Source: an uncultured candidate division Zixibacteria bacterium (GTDB lineage Bacteria; Zixibacteria; MSB-5A5; UBA10806; 4484-95). From it: a DNA stretch of 64,000 nt. Both the position numbers and the translations under genes were made by a program. The notes below the pieces were generated by a model that made no database searches, was not told the origin of the DNA, and saw only the letters and a program-made list of their open reading frames with translations. The stretch's first letter is position 1, and each line of letters opens with the position of its first letter. The DNA is taken from positions 896,001 to 960,000 of the forward strand of contig CAXXKA010000008.1 of the NCBI GenBank assembly GCA_963668625.2. Direction: 5' to 3'. This document shows positions 47,713 to 57,887 of the stretch, piece after piece.

Positions 47713-50619
47713 TCAAACCATACTGATTTTTTCCATTGGTTTGACATTGATCGATTTGACTTCATCGATCAACTCCGCCGGTCCGAGAATTTTCAGAACA
47801 TCACTTACTGCCAATGATTTCATGACATCCGCGAATTTCGTGAAATCACTCGCTTTAGTATGCAAAATTTGCTCGAATACCGCCGTCCTGTCGGCAGAAT
47901 CGATACCGGCCAGGTAATGCGCCAGCGCTTGATGGCCACGAGCATCGGGAGATTTATAGCTTTGGAACTTTCGCACGGCCCCGATTATACAGGATGTAAG
48001 TTCATCCCGGCTTATTTCAAACGAGGATAGATATTCACCGGCGCTGTTTATCGCCTCGATCGTTTTAGTAAGATTCAAATCGCGGTTGGAAACTATGGTG
48101 AAAACATCACTGGTGTGATCATAGTCGCAATAAGATTCGTACGCGCCGCCGGTTACCCTGATTTTATCCCAGAACCATGTTGTCCAGAGATGGTTGCTGA
48201 CAACGTACGCGGCGCCTTTCGATTCGAAACCTGAGCGACCAATATCAATACCCTTACCAGCAATGCCTGTCTGGGATGGTATAACGAAGCCCTCGGTTTC
48301 CGGCAACGGATCGAACTCATGGGGGTGATAGACTGGTTCGTTTTCAGGCAACTGATAGCTTAATGACAGCAGTTGATCTCTTATATTATCCCAAACCGGA
48401 CGCGAGCATGTAACATTCACTATCATCGTTTTACGGTTGATGAGTATTTGCTTTATCCGATCGAAAATCGCTATGGTTCTTTCGGGAGTTTTCTCGAATT
48501 CATTCAGCAGATTTTTAAGAAAACGTATATAGTCGATTCCGGTCAAACATTCGGACATCCTGCCGGCCTCGTTAAAGTGCGCATTAAGCCGATAACGAAT
48601 AAACTTGAAACCGTGCTCCGAATAAAGCATGGATTCGTGTCGTCTTAACTCATCACTGGTTATATCGTACAACTCCGAAGGGTTATGAATATCCGAATCC
48701 AGGATCAGCTTTTTGAATGAATCTATTAAAGCCCCAGTATTATTGAGAATCGCTTTCCCCGGAAACAGCACCAGTGAGGAGCTAGTCGACTTGTCTTTAT
48801 TCGAGATATTGAAAAATCCGGTACGCACTCCGCCGGTTTCGTTGTTGATCGTTTCATTCAGATTATCCCCGCCAAGCTGAAGCATTGCCCGGGCGATTAA
48901 CCTCGAATACCGCACGAACTCTACCGGCAGGGCGCGCAGATCAAAGCCAAGCGTGATATAAGCGGTACCGCTGGTGTGAATATCATTGAACAGTACACGA
49001 AGGCCGTTGAGGTTTACAATATCCTGATTGATGATATCAGGAGCCATTTCGATATCGGAAACTCGCAGGCGGGGTATCATATTCCGGTCGAAACCGGCTT
49101 TTCTTAACCTAATCGAATCATCCAATCGTGCCGGTGATTTATAGATATCATCCAGTTGCTCCGGGGTTAACGATTCCCGAATACGTTCGAGCTGCGAACG
49201 TTCCAACCCTGATTCCCTGTCGAGCAAGCCGGGATCGGGCCTGAAAACCGCGACCGACCTGTGATTGTTGTTCAGCAGGCATTTTTCGATCAGTCGTTCG
49301 AAATAGTTATCATCGTTTTTAACCAGTTGCTCTATTTCCTGGAGCGGTTGTTCAAAACCAATTTTATCGAATATATCTTTTTCGTAGCACCAGGCTGAAA
49401 GAGCTCTGAGCATTAGTTGAATTCCTGCCGGAGTCTTGCCGAAATTATTCTCTCTGATAAGAAACTGTAATCGGTTAAGCGCCGCTTTTTTCAGCTTTCG
49501 ATCTATGCCTCTCGAGACGATTCGCTCCAAAGCATTGAGAACCGAGGATTCGGCCTTAGCGAGGTCGGCTTGCGCTACACCTTTTAAGCCGGTCGAAAAA
49601 TACGGCTGTCGTAAATCCTGGAATAAACCCACTCCTGCTGTGGTATGGCCGTACACCGATTCTAAAAGTGCGATTCTCAATGGCGAGGAGTTGAGCCCCA
49701 TGAGAATAGTCTCGAACATCATGTTGACTAATGTGGTTTTAAAATCAGGCTTATCGTTTAACACCCAATTTAATGTAACTATATTTTCATCCCGGTTCCC
49801 TTCATTTTGCCGGGATGGAAACGTGTATTCAGCCCTGGCGGGTTTTATGAACGGTTGTTGGCGCTGGACGGATATAGCGTAATCGACGGTATCAAAATCC
49901 TTGAGAAAACTATTTATTCGTTCGAGGTAATTATCCGGTTCGATATCGCCATAAAGAAAAATAAAGCTGTTGGATGGATGATAATGCTTTTTATGATATT
50001 TCAATAAGTCTTCGTAACGTAAATATGGTATTTGCTCGGGAAGCCCCCCTGGTGTATTGGAATAGGGGCTTTGGGGGAATAATGATTTCCTTATATTCTC
50101 AGTGATTCGCGATGAAGCCGAGGAGAAATGGCCTTTCATTTCGCTATATACTATTCCTTTATAAACCAGTTTATCGGGCCGGCCGTTACTTTCCAATCTC
50201 CAACCTTCCAGCGCGAAATTCTCCGGCGAAAGTGTGGGGAAGAAAACCGCATCCAGCATGAGTTCCATGCAGTTGGAATAATCTTTCTTGTTGGGTGTAG
50301 ATGCCAGATAACATGTCGTATCAAGGTAGGTATAGGCATTCAGGTAGTTTTGAAGCGATCCCTTCAGCAACTCGACGAAAACATCTTTGACGGGATATTT
50401 TCTGGAACCGCAGAAAACCATATGCTCCAGAATATGCTGTATACCCGTGGAATTCTCCGGGGGAGTTCGAAGGGCTATTCCAATGGTTTTGTTTACATCA
50501 CTATTTTTAAGCGAAAATACAGTGGCGGATGTTTTCTTGTGCTTAAAAAGCTTGCAGACTGCGTTAAACTCCGGTATCTGCTGTTTTTGAACCAGCTCGA
50601 AATCGGTAATATCTGGCAC
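47713..50619 (-). CDS. M16C (PreP/insulinase-family) zinc metallopeptidase
   Basis: HILEH (HxxEH), GSRKYPVKDVF, LNAYT, VYSEMKG, IRVTGGAY. GTG start with GGAGG RBS. No signal peptide. Confidence 0.93.
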   Translation of the reverse strand: MPDITDFELVQKQQIPEFNAVCKLFKHKKTSATVFSLKNSDVNKTIGIALRTPPENSTGIQHILEHMVFCGSRKYPVKDVFVELLKGSLQNYLNAYTYLDTTCYLASTPNKKDYSNCMELMLDAVFFPTLSPENFALEGWRLESNGRPDKLVYKGIVYSEMKGHFSSASSRITENIRKSLFPQSPYSNTPGGLPEQIPYLRYEDLLKYHKKHYHPSNSFIFLYGDIEPDNYLERINSFLKDFDTVDYAISVQRQQPFIKPARAEYTFPSRQNEGNRDENIVTLNWVLNDKPDFKTTLVNMMFETILMGLNSSPLRIALLESVYGHTTAGVGLFQDLRQPYFSTGLKGVAQADLAKAESSVLNALERIVSRGIDRKLKKAALNRLQFLIRENNFGKTPAGIQLMLRALSAWCYEKDIFDKIGFEQPLQEIEQLVKNDDNYFERLIEKCLLNNNHRSVAVFRPDPGLLDRESGLERSQLERIRESLTPEQLDDIYKSPARLDDSIRLRKAGFDRNMIPRLRVSDIEMAPDIINQDIVNLNGLRVLFNDIHTSGTAYITLGFDLRALPVEFVRYSRLIARAMLQLGGDNLNETINNETGGVRTGFFNISNKDKSTSSSLVLFPGKAILNNTGALIDSFKKLILDSDIHNPSELYDITSDELRRHESMLYSEHGFKFIRYRLNAHFNEAGRMSECLTGIDYIRFLKNLLNEFEKTPERTIAIFDRIKQILINRKTMIVNVTCSRPVWDNIRDQLLSLSYQLPENEPVYHPHEFDPLPETEGFVIPSQTGIAGKGIDIGRSGFESKGAAYVVSNHLWTTWFWDKIRVTGGAYESYCDYDHTSDVFTIVSNRDLNLTKTIEAINSAGEYLSSFEISRDELTSCIIGAVRKFQSYKSPDARGHQALAHYLAGIDSADRTAVFEQILHTKASDFTKFADVMKSLAVSDVLKILGPAELIDEVKSINVKPMEKISMV

Positions 50620-51268
50620 ACATACCTCCGTAGGCTAGCGGTTTTAAGCTATATCTCATCTCTGGCGGTGTAGATGCCGGCGGTAATAATAGCCGGAATT
50701 TCCTGAAATTACTTTACGGTAATCTCGTAATATGAGGCGGTTTTCATCAGGATATACTAATATTGTGGGATGCCGGTACTATAGTCATCTCTGGAGAAAA
50801 TACTTAAATACCTTACTGCATTAATCAATCCTGGATGGATATCGTTTCAAATCCAGCGGCTTGCTTATTGATTAAATAAACGGATTTGATGTTCCCCACT
50901 ACACAGTATTTCTTTATCTTTGGCTTAATTTTACGAAGAAGTTTTAGCTTAGTTTCATAATTTTTTGTAATATTATGAATACATCATCTTGATAGTAAGT
51001 TTATTGTAAAATCACTGGTGTCCGGTTTTTTCATACTCGATCATGATTTACATTCAGCATATTGCAACAAATATGCGGATTACTTCGTTCGGCTCGTAAT
51101 GATTGACCTTATACGGTTTTTCAACAATCCCGGCGTTTCGGAACCAGGGATTGGAACCTGTATTTACAGATGGCTGTTGAAATAGAATTAGCTGTTGAAA
51201 TATCGAATGCAAAATATTAAATTAATCCAGAAATAGCGTGGAGATGTCTATCTCAAACTTGGAGACTT

Positions 51269-51967
51269 ATGAGCGCCGAAATCAGAGCTGTCATTTTCGA
51301 TATCGATGATACCCTGTACGATAGAAAAAAAGCACAGGCGATAGTTTTTGAGCAGTTCAAGCATCAATATACCGAGCTGTTCGACTCCATTGATATCCAC
51401 ATGCTCACCACCGCCTATTATGAGGCCGACAGACTTTCCGGCGAATATTTCTACGCCAGCGGAAAGGGTGAAAGGCATCGACAGAATAGATTCGGTCTTT
51501 TTCTGGATATGCTGGAGTTGGATAATGAATATGTCGGGGAGATGGCAAAGTTCTATATAGAACAATATAGCAAGGTCAACACCCCGATGGCAGGCGCGGT
51601 GGAGGTAGTTAAAGCGTTACGTGATAAATACAAGCTTGGCGTAATCACCAATGGTCTTTCCGAAACGCAGAGAAATAAACTGGATGCAATAGGTTTGACC
51701 TCATTGTTCGATAGTATCGTGATTTCGGATGAGTCCGAGTACAAAAAACCCGAGCCCAATATATTTTGGGAATCAGCCGGCAAACTCGCTTGTAAATCCG
51801 AGCAGTGCATCTATATCGGTAATTCGTATAATGGCGATATCATCGGCGCCGCCGGAGCTGGTATGAAATCCTGTTGGTATAATCCCTCTAAAAATAGGCC
51901 AATGCATATGCCGGTTATGCCGGATCATGAAATTTCGAAATTGGCGGAGCTACATGGTTTCCTTTAG
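51269..51967 (+). CDS. HAD-IA hydrolase (YjjG-like)
   Basis: FDIDDTL, ITNG, KPEPNIF, IGNS..GDIIGA. Confidence 0.88.
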   Translation: MSAEIRAVIFDIDDTLYDRKKAQAIVFEQFKHQYTELFDSIDIHMLTTAYYEADRLSGEYFYASGKGERHRQNRFGLFLDMLELDNEYVGEMAKFYIEQYSKVNTPMAGAVEVVKALRDKYKLGVITNGLSETQRNKLDAIGLTSLFDSIVISDESEYKKPEPNIFWESAGKLACKSEQCIYIGNSYNGDIIGAAGAGMKSCWYNPSKNRPMHMPVMPDHEISKLAELHGFL

Positions 51968-51978
51968 ATGTTAATCTC

Positions 51979-52977
51979 ATGAATATATTTGATTGGTTAA
52001 AACAGAATATCGATTTTCAGGAATGCGATTCGACCGCTTTGATGTACGATTACATGGAATCGCAATCGAACGAATTATTGCCTATTATTTATCAGCCTTT
52101 CGATATCGATAACCTCTCACACTGGCGTGACCGGGGATATATACTCGATTTCCATTATTCCGTCGGCGAGGGTAATATCCTGGATTTCGGTCCGGGGGAT
52201 GGCTGGCCTTCGCTGATGATAGCTCCGTTCACCAATCGTATAACCGGTGTTGAGGCCTCGAATACGCGAGTGGAGGTTTGCAGAATAAATGCGGCCCGGC
52301 TCGGTATTCAAAACGTCGAGTTCGTGCATGTTAAACCCGGGGATAAGCTGCCATTCGAGAATAACTTTTTCGATGGCATCACCGCTGCCTCATCCATAGA
52401 GCAAACTCCCGATCCATTCGCGACATTAAGCGAGCTATATAGGGTGTTGAAACCGGGTGGTAAGCTCAGGATGTACTATGAGTCGCTTGCTGGATATCGG
52501 GATGGCCGGGAAAAGGAAATGGTCAGTTGGCAAACGAAAGATAGCAAGTTCAGGATAGATATCTACAACAGGATTATTGACAGGGAAGAAACGGAGATAT
52601 ACTCCCTGGAATTCGATTTACTATCGGATGATATAACAACGCTGTTCAGAGATACAACCGATGCAGAAGATATTCCCGATGATTTGCTTAAAAAGTTGAA
52701 TAATATTACCAGGTCTATTGATAATCCATGCAAAGCCAGGCTGGTACAACCGGATTGCCGGACATGGCTGGAATGGATGGGAAAGATCGGTTTCAGTGGA
52801 TGTTTGCCCACCCGCAACGGCGGTATACTGGCGGAGTTGATGTTCAATACATATAAAGGGGAGAATCGACCGACGAACCTCGATCAACTCGATGAACTTC
52901 TTATACCTTTTATCGCTGAGATAATTAAAATAAAAGAACCTGTATTATCCAACCCTATGATTACCGCAATTAAATAA
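51979..52977 (+). CDS. Class I SAM-dependent methyltransferase
   Basis: ILDFGPGDG, LPFENNFFD, ELYRVLKPGG. Confidence 0.85.
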   Translation: MNIFDWLKQNIDFQECDSTALMYDYMESQSNELLPIIYQPFDIDNLSHWRDRGYILDFHYSVGEGNILDFGPGDGWPSLMIAPFTNRITGVEASNTRVEVCRINAARLGIQNVEFVHVKPGDKLPFENNFFDGITAASSIEQTPDPFATLSELYRVLKPGGKLRMYYESLAGYRDGREKEMVSWQTKDSKFRIDIYNRIIDREETEIYSLEFDLLSDDITTLFRDTTDAEDIPDDLLKKLNNITRSIDNPCKARLVQPDCRTWLEWMGKIGFSGCLPTRNGGILAELMFNTYKGENRPTNLDQLDELLIPFIAEIIKIKEPVLSNPMITAIK

Positions 52978-52979
52978 AC

Positions 52980-54956
52980 CTAACGAAATACCTTATTAAA
53001 AACAGGGTGATCGGGAATGTTTTCACAGGGTGGCCAACCCTCGGGCATCTCGTCCGGTACTTCGTTTCCGTTCGACCATTGCGGCGGAATCATGGGACAA
53101 TAGTCAAGCCCGATAAAGCCTCGGAAATACGACACCAGCCGGCTGACATCCGAACCGAGTACCCGGCAGTCTCCGGTAACATCCCCCGAACCCCAGGCGC
53201 CGTTTATAGAACAGGGTTTGCAAGCTTCTATAACGCTGAGATAATTTACGATATACGTAACATCATTGCCGATTCGTCGTGGCGGCCAGGCGCCGTAATA
53301 CATGTTGGCGTCCCCCAGCAAGAACGGATAGCCCAAAAAGCGAAGCTCGATATCAACTTGCGCGGTATCCCCGGCCAGAGCCTCTATCTCCGAAATGATA
53401 GTGTCGGCGTAGTTTATATGATAGAACGAAAGCTCATAATTGCCGGCATCCAGGCTATCGAAACTGAATTCGCCGTAGAAATCGGAGGTGTCGGTGCGCG
53501 ACGGATTGCTCAGGTCGACTACAATGTTTTCGAGAAATGCCCCGGAGGAGTCGGTCAGAACTCCGGTAATAAACGTAGGATAATGCATGACCATGAACAA
53601 CTGGGTAGTGCTGTCGGAGGCAATATGTATATCGGCTAACGTCGTATCGTTATAGTACTCATCTATGAAACTGATCTCGAAATCACCCAGATCAAGAGAG
53701 TCCATATGGAAATTGCCTTCCTCATCGGTGAAAGCCCGGTGAGAGGTGCCGCCCACGGAAACCCTTATATCCTCCAGTGGCATCATGTTATCATCCACCA
53801 CCGCTCCGGCCAACTTTCCCGGATACCTGAGTATCACATTCTGCATTACCTCGATATCATCAAGCTGAACCTCGACATTCTGAATGATCGTGTCGGCATA
53901 GTAATAGTGACGGTAGCGAATATTATAGCTGCCACTACTGAGGCACCCGATTTGATACTCACTGTTTGCATCCGAGCGTGTACTGAAAGGAGCGTTGGTA
54001 GTATTGATATAAGTAGTGCTAACCGTTTCGCCTAATGGGCCGGTTATAGTTCCGCTTACATAAGGAAGATAATCACAGAGATCGTATATCACCGGCTCTA
54101 CACCGGCGTTGACCTCCAACAGCTCATGATCGTGTACGGTGATCCAGTCCTCCTGCTGCTGCGTGGGAAATCTTGAGGCGATCGCCGTAAATGAATATGA
54201 GGGATCGGTGTAGTAGTACAGGGTTCTATCCAGGCGGTAGGACCATATGGTATTACCATCGCTGAGTATGAAATTTAAAGCCTCATCATAACTGCGAACG
54301 TTTATTTGCCTGAGCGCCTCGATTATACCCTCGACCACGTTCCAGTCATGCTCCTCTATATTTTTCAGGAGAAGAAGGAAATACAGCTCCGAATCGATAA
54401 CGAGATCGGAATCGGCCGGATCGCATTCGGCGATACCTGAGCCGGTTAGCGGATTTTCTATCAAATAATGTTGTCCTACGAGTTCGTATAAAAGTGGTTT
54501 GCTGGCGGTACCGTTATGAATAAAAGTCCAGGTGCGATTGTCCTTTTCTCTTATAAACGGGTGCGGATCCGGAATGCTATCGCTGCCGTGGGCACAGCAA
54601 CCGGCGGAGCAATTTCTGACATGGCCTAAAATGATATTAGGGGCGGTCCTCTCCAGGCCGGCTATGATCACGTCATATTGGATATCGTTAATCGCTCGTA
54701 TCGCTCCCCTGTCGATAATCGCCGTATCCCCGAATGACTGATAACTAGCTATACCCCAGCCATCTATATTAGCGGATTCGGAAAGCCGTTCGAGTGAATA
54801 AGGGTAGTCAACGTAATAATCCTGTATGAGTCCCCGGGGCATATCCGCGGAAATTATTCCCGTTATCCGGCAATTATGAGGTTCCTCATTCTCCTGCCCG
54901 TAAACTATGGGTATAGAAATAAATATCGTAAACAATAACGTGATTATCAGTTTCAT
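52980..54956 (-). CDS. Exported class-II-glutamine-amidotransferase-like Ntn protein with three carboxypeptidase-regulatory-like domains and a dockerin-like C-terminus
   Basis: Signal peptide, HNCR, NIDGWG, GHVR, PHPF, FIHNG, IDSE, LNFILSDG. Repeated G.(V/L)TD..G..L beta-sandwiches. GDAN../GDVTGDC. Confidence 0.75.
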   Translation of the reverse strand: MKLIITLLFTIFISIPIVYGQENEEPHNCRITGIISADMPRGLIQDYYVDYPYSLERLSESANIDGWGIASYQSFGDTAIIDRGAIRAINDIQYDVIIAGLERTAPNIILGHVRNCSAGCCAHGSDSIPDPHPFIREKDNRTWTFIHNGTASKPLLYELVGQHYLIENPLTGSGIAECDPADSDLVIDSELYFLLLLKNIEEHDWNVVEGIIEALRQINVRSYDEALNFILSDGNTIWSYRLDRTLYYYTDPSYSFTAIASRFPTQQQEDWITVHDHELLEVNAGVEPVIYDLCDYLPYVSGTITGPLGETVSTTYINTTNAPFSTRSDANSEYQIGCLSSGSYNIRYRHYYYADTIIQNVEVQLDDIEVMQNVILRYPGKLAGAVVDDNMMPLEDIRVSVGGTSHRAFTDEEGNFHMDSLDLGDFEISFIDEYYNDTTLADIHIASDSTTQLFMVMHYPTFITGVLTDSSGAFLENIVVDLSNPSRTDTSDFYGEFSFDSLDAGNYELSFYHINYADTIISEIEALAGDTAQVDIELRFLGYPFLLGDANMYYGAWPPRRIGNDVTYIVNYLSVIEACKPCSINGAWGSGDVTGDCRVLGSDVSRLVSYFRGFIGLDYCPMIPPQWSNGNEVPDEMPEGWPPCENIPDHPVFNKVFR

Positions 54957-55067
54957 TAGAAAAATCCGTTTTAAAGTATCATCAATTATAACTAATATAT
55001 AGTCCTATTAGTTAAATCGCCACTACTTTTAGGGGCTTTAATATATACTGAAAATTAACAGTATTCT

Positions 55068-56486
55068 CTACAAATCCAGATCAAATGACTGCCCGAATTC
55101 GGGCACCTCGACATTCCAGCCCAGTTTATCGCGGATTTTCTCCGCCAGTGAGGCTGAGGCGTCGCTTTCGCCATGCACTAAAAATGTCTTTTCAGGCGGG
55201 AAATTGAATCCCATTAGCCAGGCTAGTATCTCATTGTAATCGGCATGCGCCGAGAGGCTGGAAATGCTTTCTACATGGGCGTTTATGGGCACCTGGCGAC
55301 CGTGAATCTTTACCTCCGGCTTCTTTCTTTCTAATATTTTCCGGCCTCGCGTGCCCTGGGCCTGGTAGCCGATGAAAAACACCGTGTTCTTCGGGTCGGG
55401 CAGCCGGTTGGCCAGGTGATGTAATATCCTGCCGCCGGTGACCATACCGCTGGCGGAGATTATTATGGCATTTTTACTGACTTTGTTAATTGCCTTGGAC
55501 TGTTGGCGGGTTTCGCAAATATGAAGCTTCTTCGGATGAAACGCCCGTTTGCCCTCAATCGTTAGTAACCTGCTGGTGATATTCTGGTCGGTACTTCTTT
55601 CCTCGAAAATCTTGGTGACATTGATCGCCATCGGTGAGTCGACATATATATCCAACTCTGGTATCTTGCCATCCTCCTCCAACTCGCGAAGCATAAACAG
55701 TAATGTCTGGGTTCTGCCTACCGCGAAAGAGGGGATAATCAGCACGCCGCCGCGTTTCTGGCTTTCCGCGATAATCCTGACTAAAGCCTCGCGCGGATCG
55801 ACCTCATCATGCAGGCGGTTGCCGTAAGTGGACTCGATCACCAAATAGTCGACATTAAAAGCCTGTACGGGGTCGCGAAGGTATTTCTCGGAGGGACGTC
55901 CCAGATCGCCACTGAAAACAATCTTTCTGGATTTGCTGCCGCGACCGATTTTGATATCGATAAAGGATGAGCCGAGTATATGGCCGGCATCCTTGAACTT
56001 TATACGGAAATCATCCTCGAGATAGAATCCCTCGCCGTATTGCAGGGGCATCAGATGAGTCAACGCCTGCTCGGCATCCTTGACAGTGTAGAGTGGCAGG
56101 GCCGGTTTATGTTTGGAAAAACCGCGTTTATTGGCCCATTTCGCGTCCTCCTCCTGCAAGTGCGCGCTATCTTTGAGCATGATCTCGCATAGCTTGGCGG
56201 TGGCTATCGTACTGTGTACGTTGCCATCGAAACCATCCTTGACCAGTCGCGGAAGATAGCCGGTGTGATCGATATGGGCGTGGGTTAGAAACACGCGCTC
56301 GATCTCGTTGGCCGGGAAGGGGAACGGCTCCCAGTTTCGCGAGCGCACCTCTTTAGGCCCCTGGAACAGCCCGCAGTCGATAAGCATGTTCCGGCCTTTG
56401 GTTTCGAATAAAAAGCGCGAGCCGGTAACCGTACCGGTAGCGCCATAAAACGTGAGTTTCGATTTATTAGATTGCGTAGTTGCCAT
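55068..56486 (-). CDS. MBL-fold beta-CASP ribonuclease
   Basis: VTGS, IDCGLFQG, THAHIDH, AGHILGS, ESTYGNR, GGRILHH, SAHAD, LVHGE. Start ATG 56486. Confidence 0.93.
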   Translation of the reverse strand: MATTQSNKSKLTFYGATGTVTGSRFLFETKGRNMLIDCGLFQGPKEVRSRNWEPFPFPANEIERVFLTHAHIDHTGYLPRLVKDGFDGNVHSTIATAKLCEIMLKDSAHLQEEDAKWANKRGFSKHKPALPLYTVKDAEQALTHLMPLQYGEGFYLEDDFRIKFKDAGHILGSSFIDIKIGRGSKSRKIVFSGDLGRPSEKYLRDPVQAFNVDYLVIESTYGNRLHDEVDPREALVRIIAESQKRGGVLIIPSFAVGRTQTLLFMLRELEEDGKIPELDIYVDSPMAINVTKIFEERSTDQNITSRLLTIEGKRAFHPKKLHICETRQQSKAINKVSKNAIIISASGMVTGGRILHHLANRLPDPKNTVFFIGYQAQGTRGRKILERKKPEVKIHGRQVPINAHVESISSLSAHADYNEILAWLMGFNFPPEKTFLVHGESDASASLAEKIRDKLGWNVEVPEFGQSFDLDL

Positions 56487-56998
56487 AGTACATCTCCATG
56501 TTAATATCCAATATAAGATACGGTAATGATGCCCGAAATGCAACTTTATGTGAGGAAAAAGGGGAAAGGCGAGCGAGGGGGGAGGGGGATGTCATCCCAA
56601 ACTTGATTTGGGATCCATCTTCCCACGCTTGTGATTACAAACGTTACTTGCCAACTGCCACATGCTGACATTCCCACTACCGCTAGGGTGGGGATGGGGC
56701 ACCGGGCGATACTTGTTTAATGAAGACAATCAACTTGACAATTATGTTTATTCTAACTACATTTCATCATAGATAAAGAGAGTTTTGGTATGATAATCTT
56801 CCGGGTTGTTTATATGCATAAAGTTGTTTGTTTCGCGATAGAATAGTAGGAGCAGGTTGAATTCCCGCAGTTTTGACATTATGGCATAAAATATAATCTA
56901 CTTCATGCATACTTTTGCCCTCTTTTACCCAGGGATTAGCCACCCGATAACAAACGGAAATATTTGGTGAGTTGAAATGCAAAGTTAAATAAATCAAC

Positions 56999-57592
56999 AT
57001 GAAAGGGACTATAATGAAAGGATCAATTTTAGTATTAGTATTTGTTGCAGCGTTTTTTTCATTTGGCGTTGCGCAAGAAGTTGAAGACATTAAATCGTTA
57101 AGAGAAGAACAAATATCTAAACTCGGAACAGGTAGTATACCGCGTATAGAGGAAGTTATTAATGAAGCGAATTCATATCTTTCTTTGCCAATTGAAAGGC
57201 AAACAATAGAAGAGCTGGAGAAACTTGCCGAAAAAACAAATAGAGCATCAAACTTTATGGATTTCATCCTTGAAGAATATCGTGATTATTATAGCGATAA
57301 CTATAGATATGAATTTGTTCAAGAAAAAGTGGCACCTTTCCACGACCAATACCTCATTATATCTAATAAATTAAGAAGCTTTAGAAACGAAGCATATTTT
57401 AATATTGGCACTCTTTACAAAGAAGCCGGTGATTATATTTTAGCCTTTTTTTATTTTCGGGATGCGTTTCGTTTATCCTCATTTACTGAGAGCGAGGGGG
57501 ATCATAAAGGAATGAGGTATATAGCTGAAATTGAATTGAAAAAACTACTTGGAATTGAGGAATTAGGTACATTTCTCTATTGGAAAGAATAA
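56999..57592 (+). CDS. Hypothetical exported helical protein (AT-rich)
   Basis: Signal peptide and TPR-like EAYFNIGTLYKEAGDY. Confidence 0.65.
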   Translation: MKGTIMKGSILVLVFVAAFFSFGVAQEVEDIKSLREEQISKLGTGSIPRIEEVINEANSYLSLPIERQTIEELEKLAEKTNRASNFMDFILEEYRDYYSDNYRYEFVQEKVAPFHDQYLIISNKLRSFRNEAYFNIGTLYKEAGDYILAFFYFRDAFRLSSFTESEGDHKGMRYIAEIELKKLLGIEELGTFLYWKE

Positions 57593-57831
57593 GTAAAGTA
57601 GGCCACGCCTACTCGGGGCGTGACTAACCCGCATACAGAGCAACAAACGCCTACTGCATGAAATACCTGCGCTGATAATTCAAGCATTCAAATCCCCCTC
57701 AACCCCTTCTGGATCTCCCGCTCGGGCGGGACAGGCCTCATCCCCGGCCGGAATGACACTATAGTTTTCTGACTTTGATTATCCATATAAGTCGTCGTTT
57801 TGCTTTCACAATTATACTATTTAATCCCACC

Positions 57832-57864
57832 AAACAAAAAACCGGGATGGTAAAACCACCCCGG
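57832..57864 (-). terminator. Intrinsic terminator after serC
   Basis: GC-rich stem followed by a T-tract on the minus strand. Confidence 0.7.
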
Positions 57865-57887
57865 CTACTAAAAGAGCGTATCTGAAA

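Noticed and set aside
51269-52977. HAD hydrolase and methyltransferase as tailoring enzymes of the peptide system
   Set aside because: Opposite strand and about 650 bp away. The methyltransferase does not look PIMT-like. No evidence of linkage, though not excluded.
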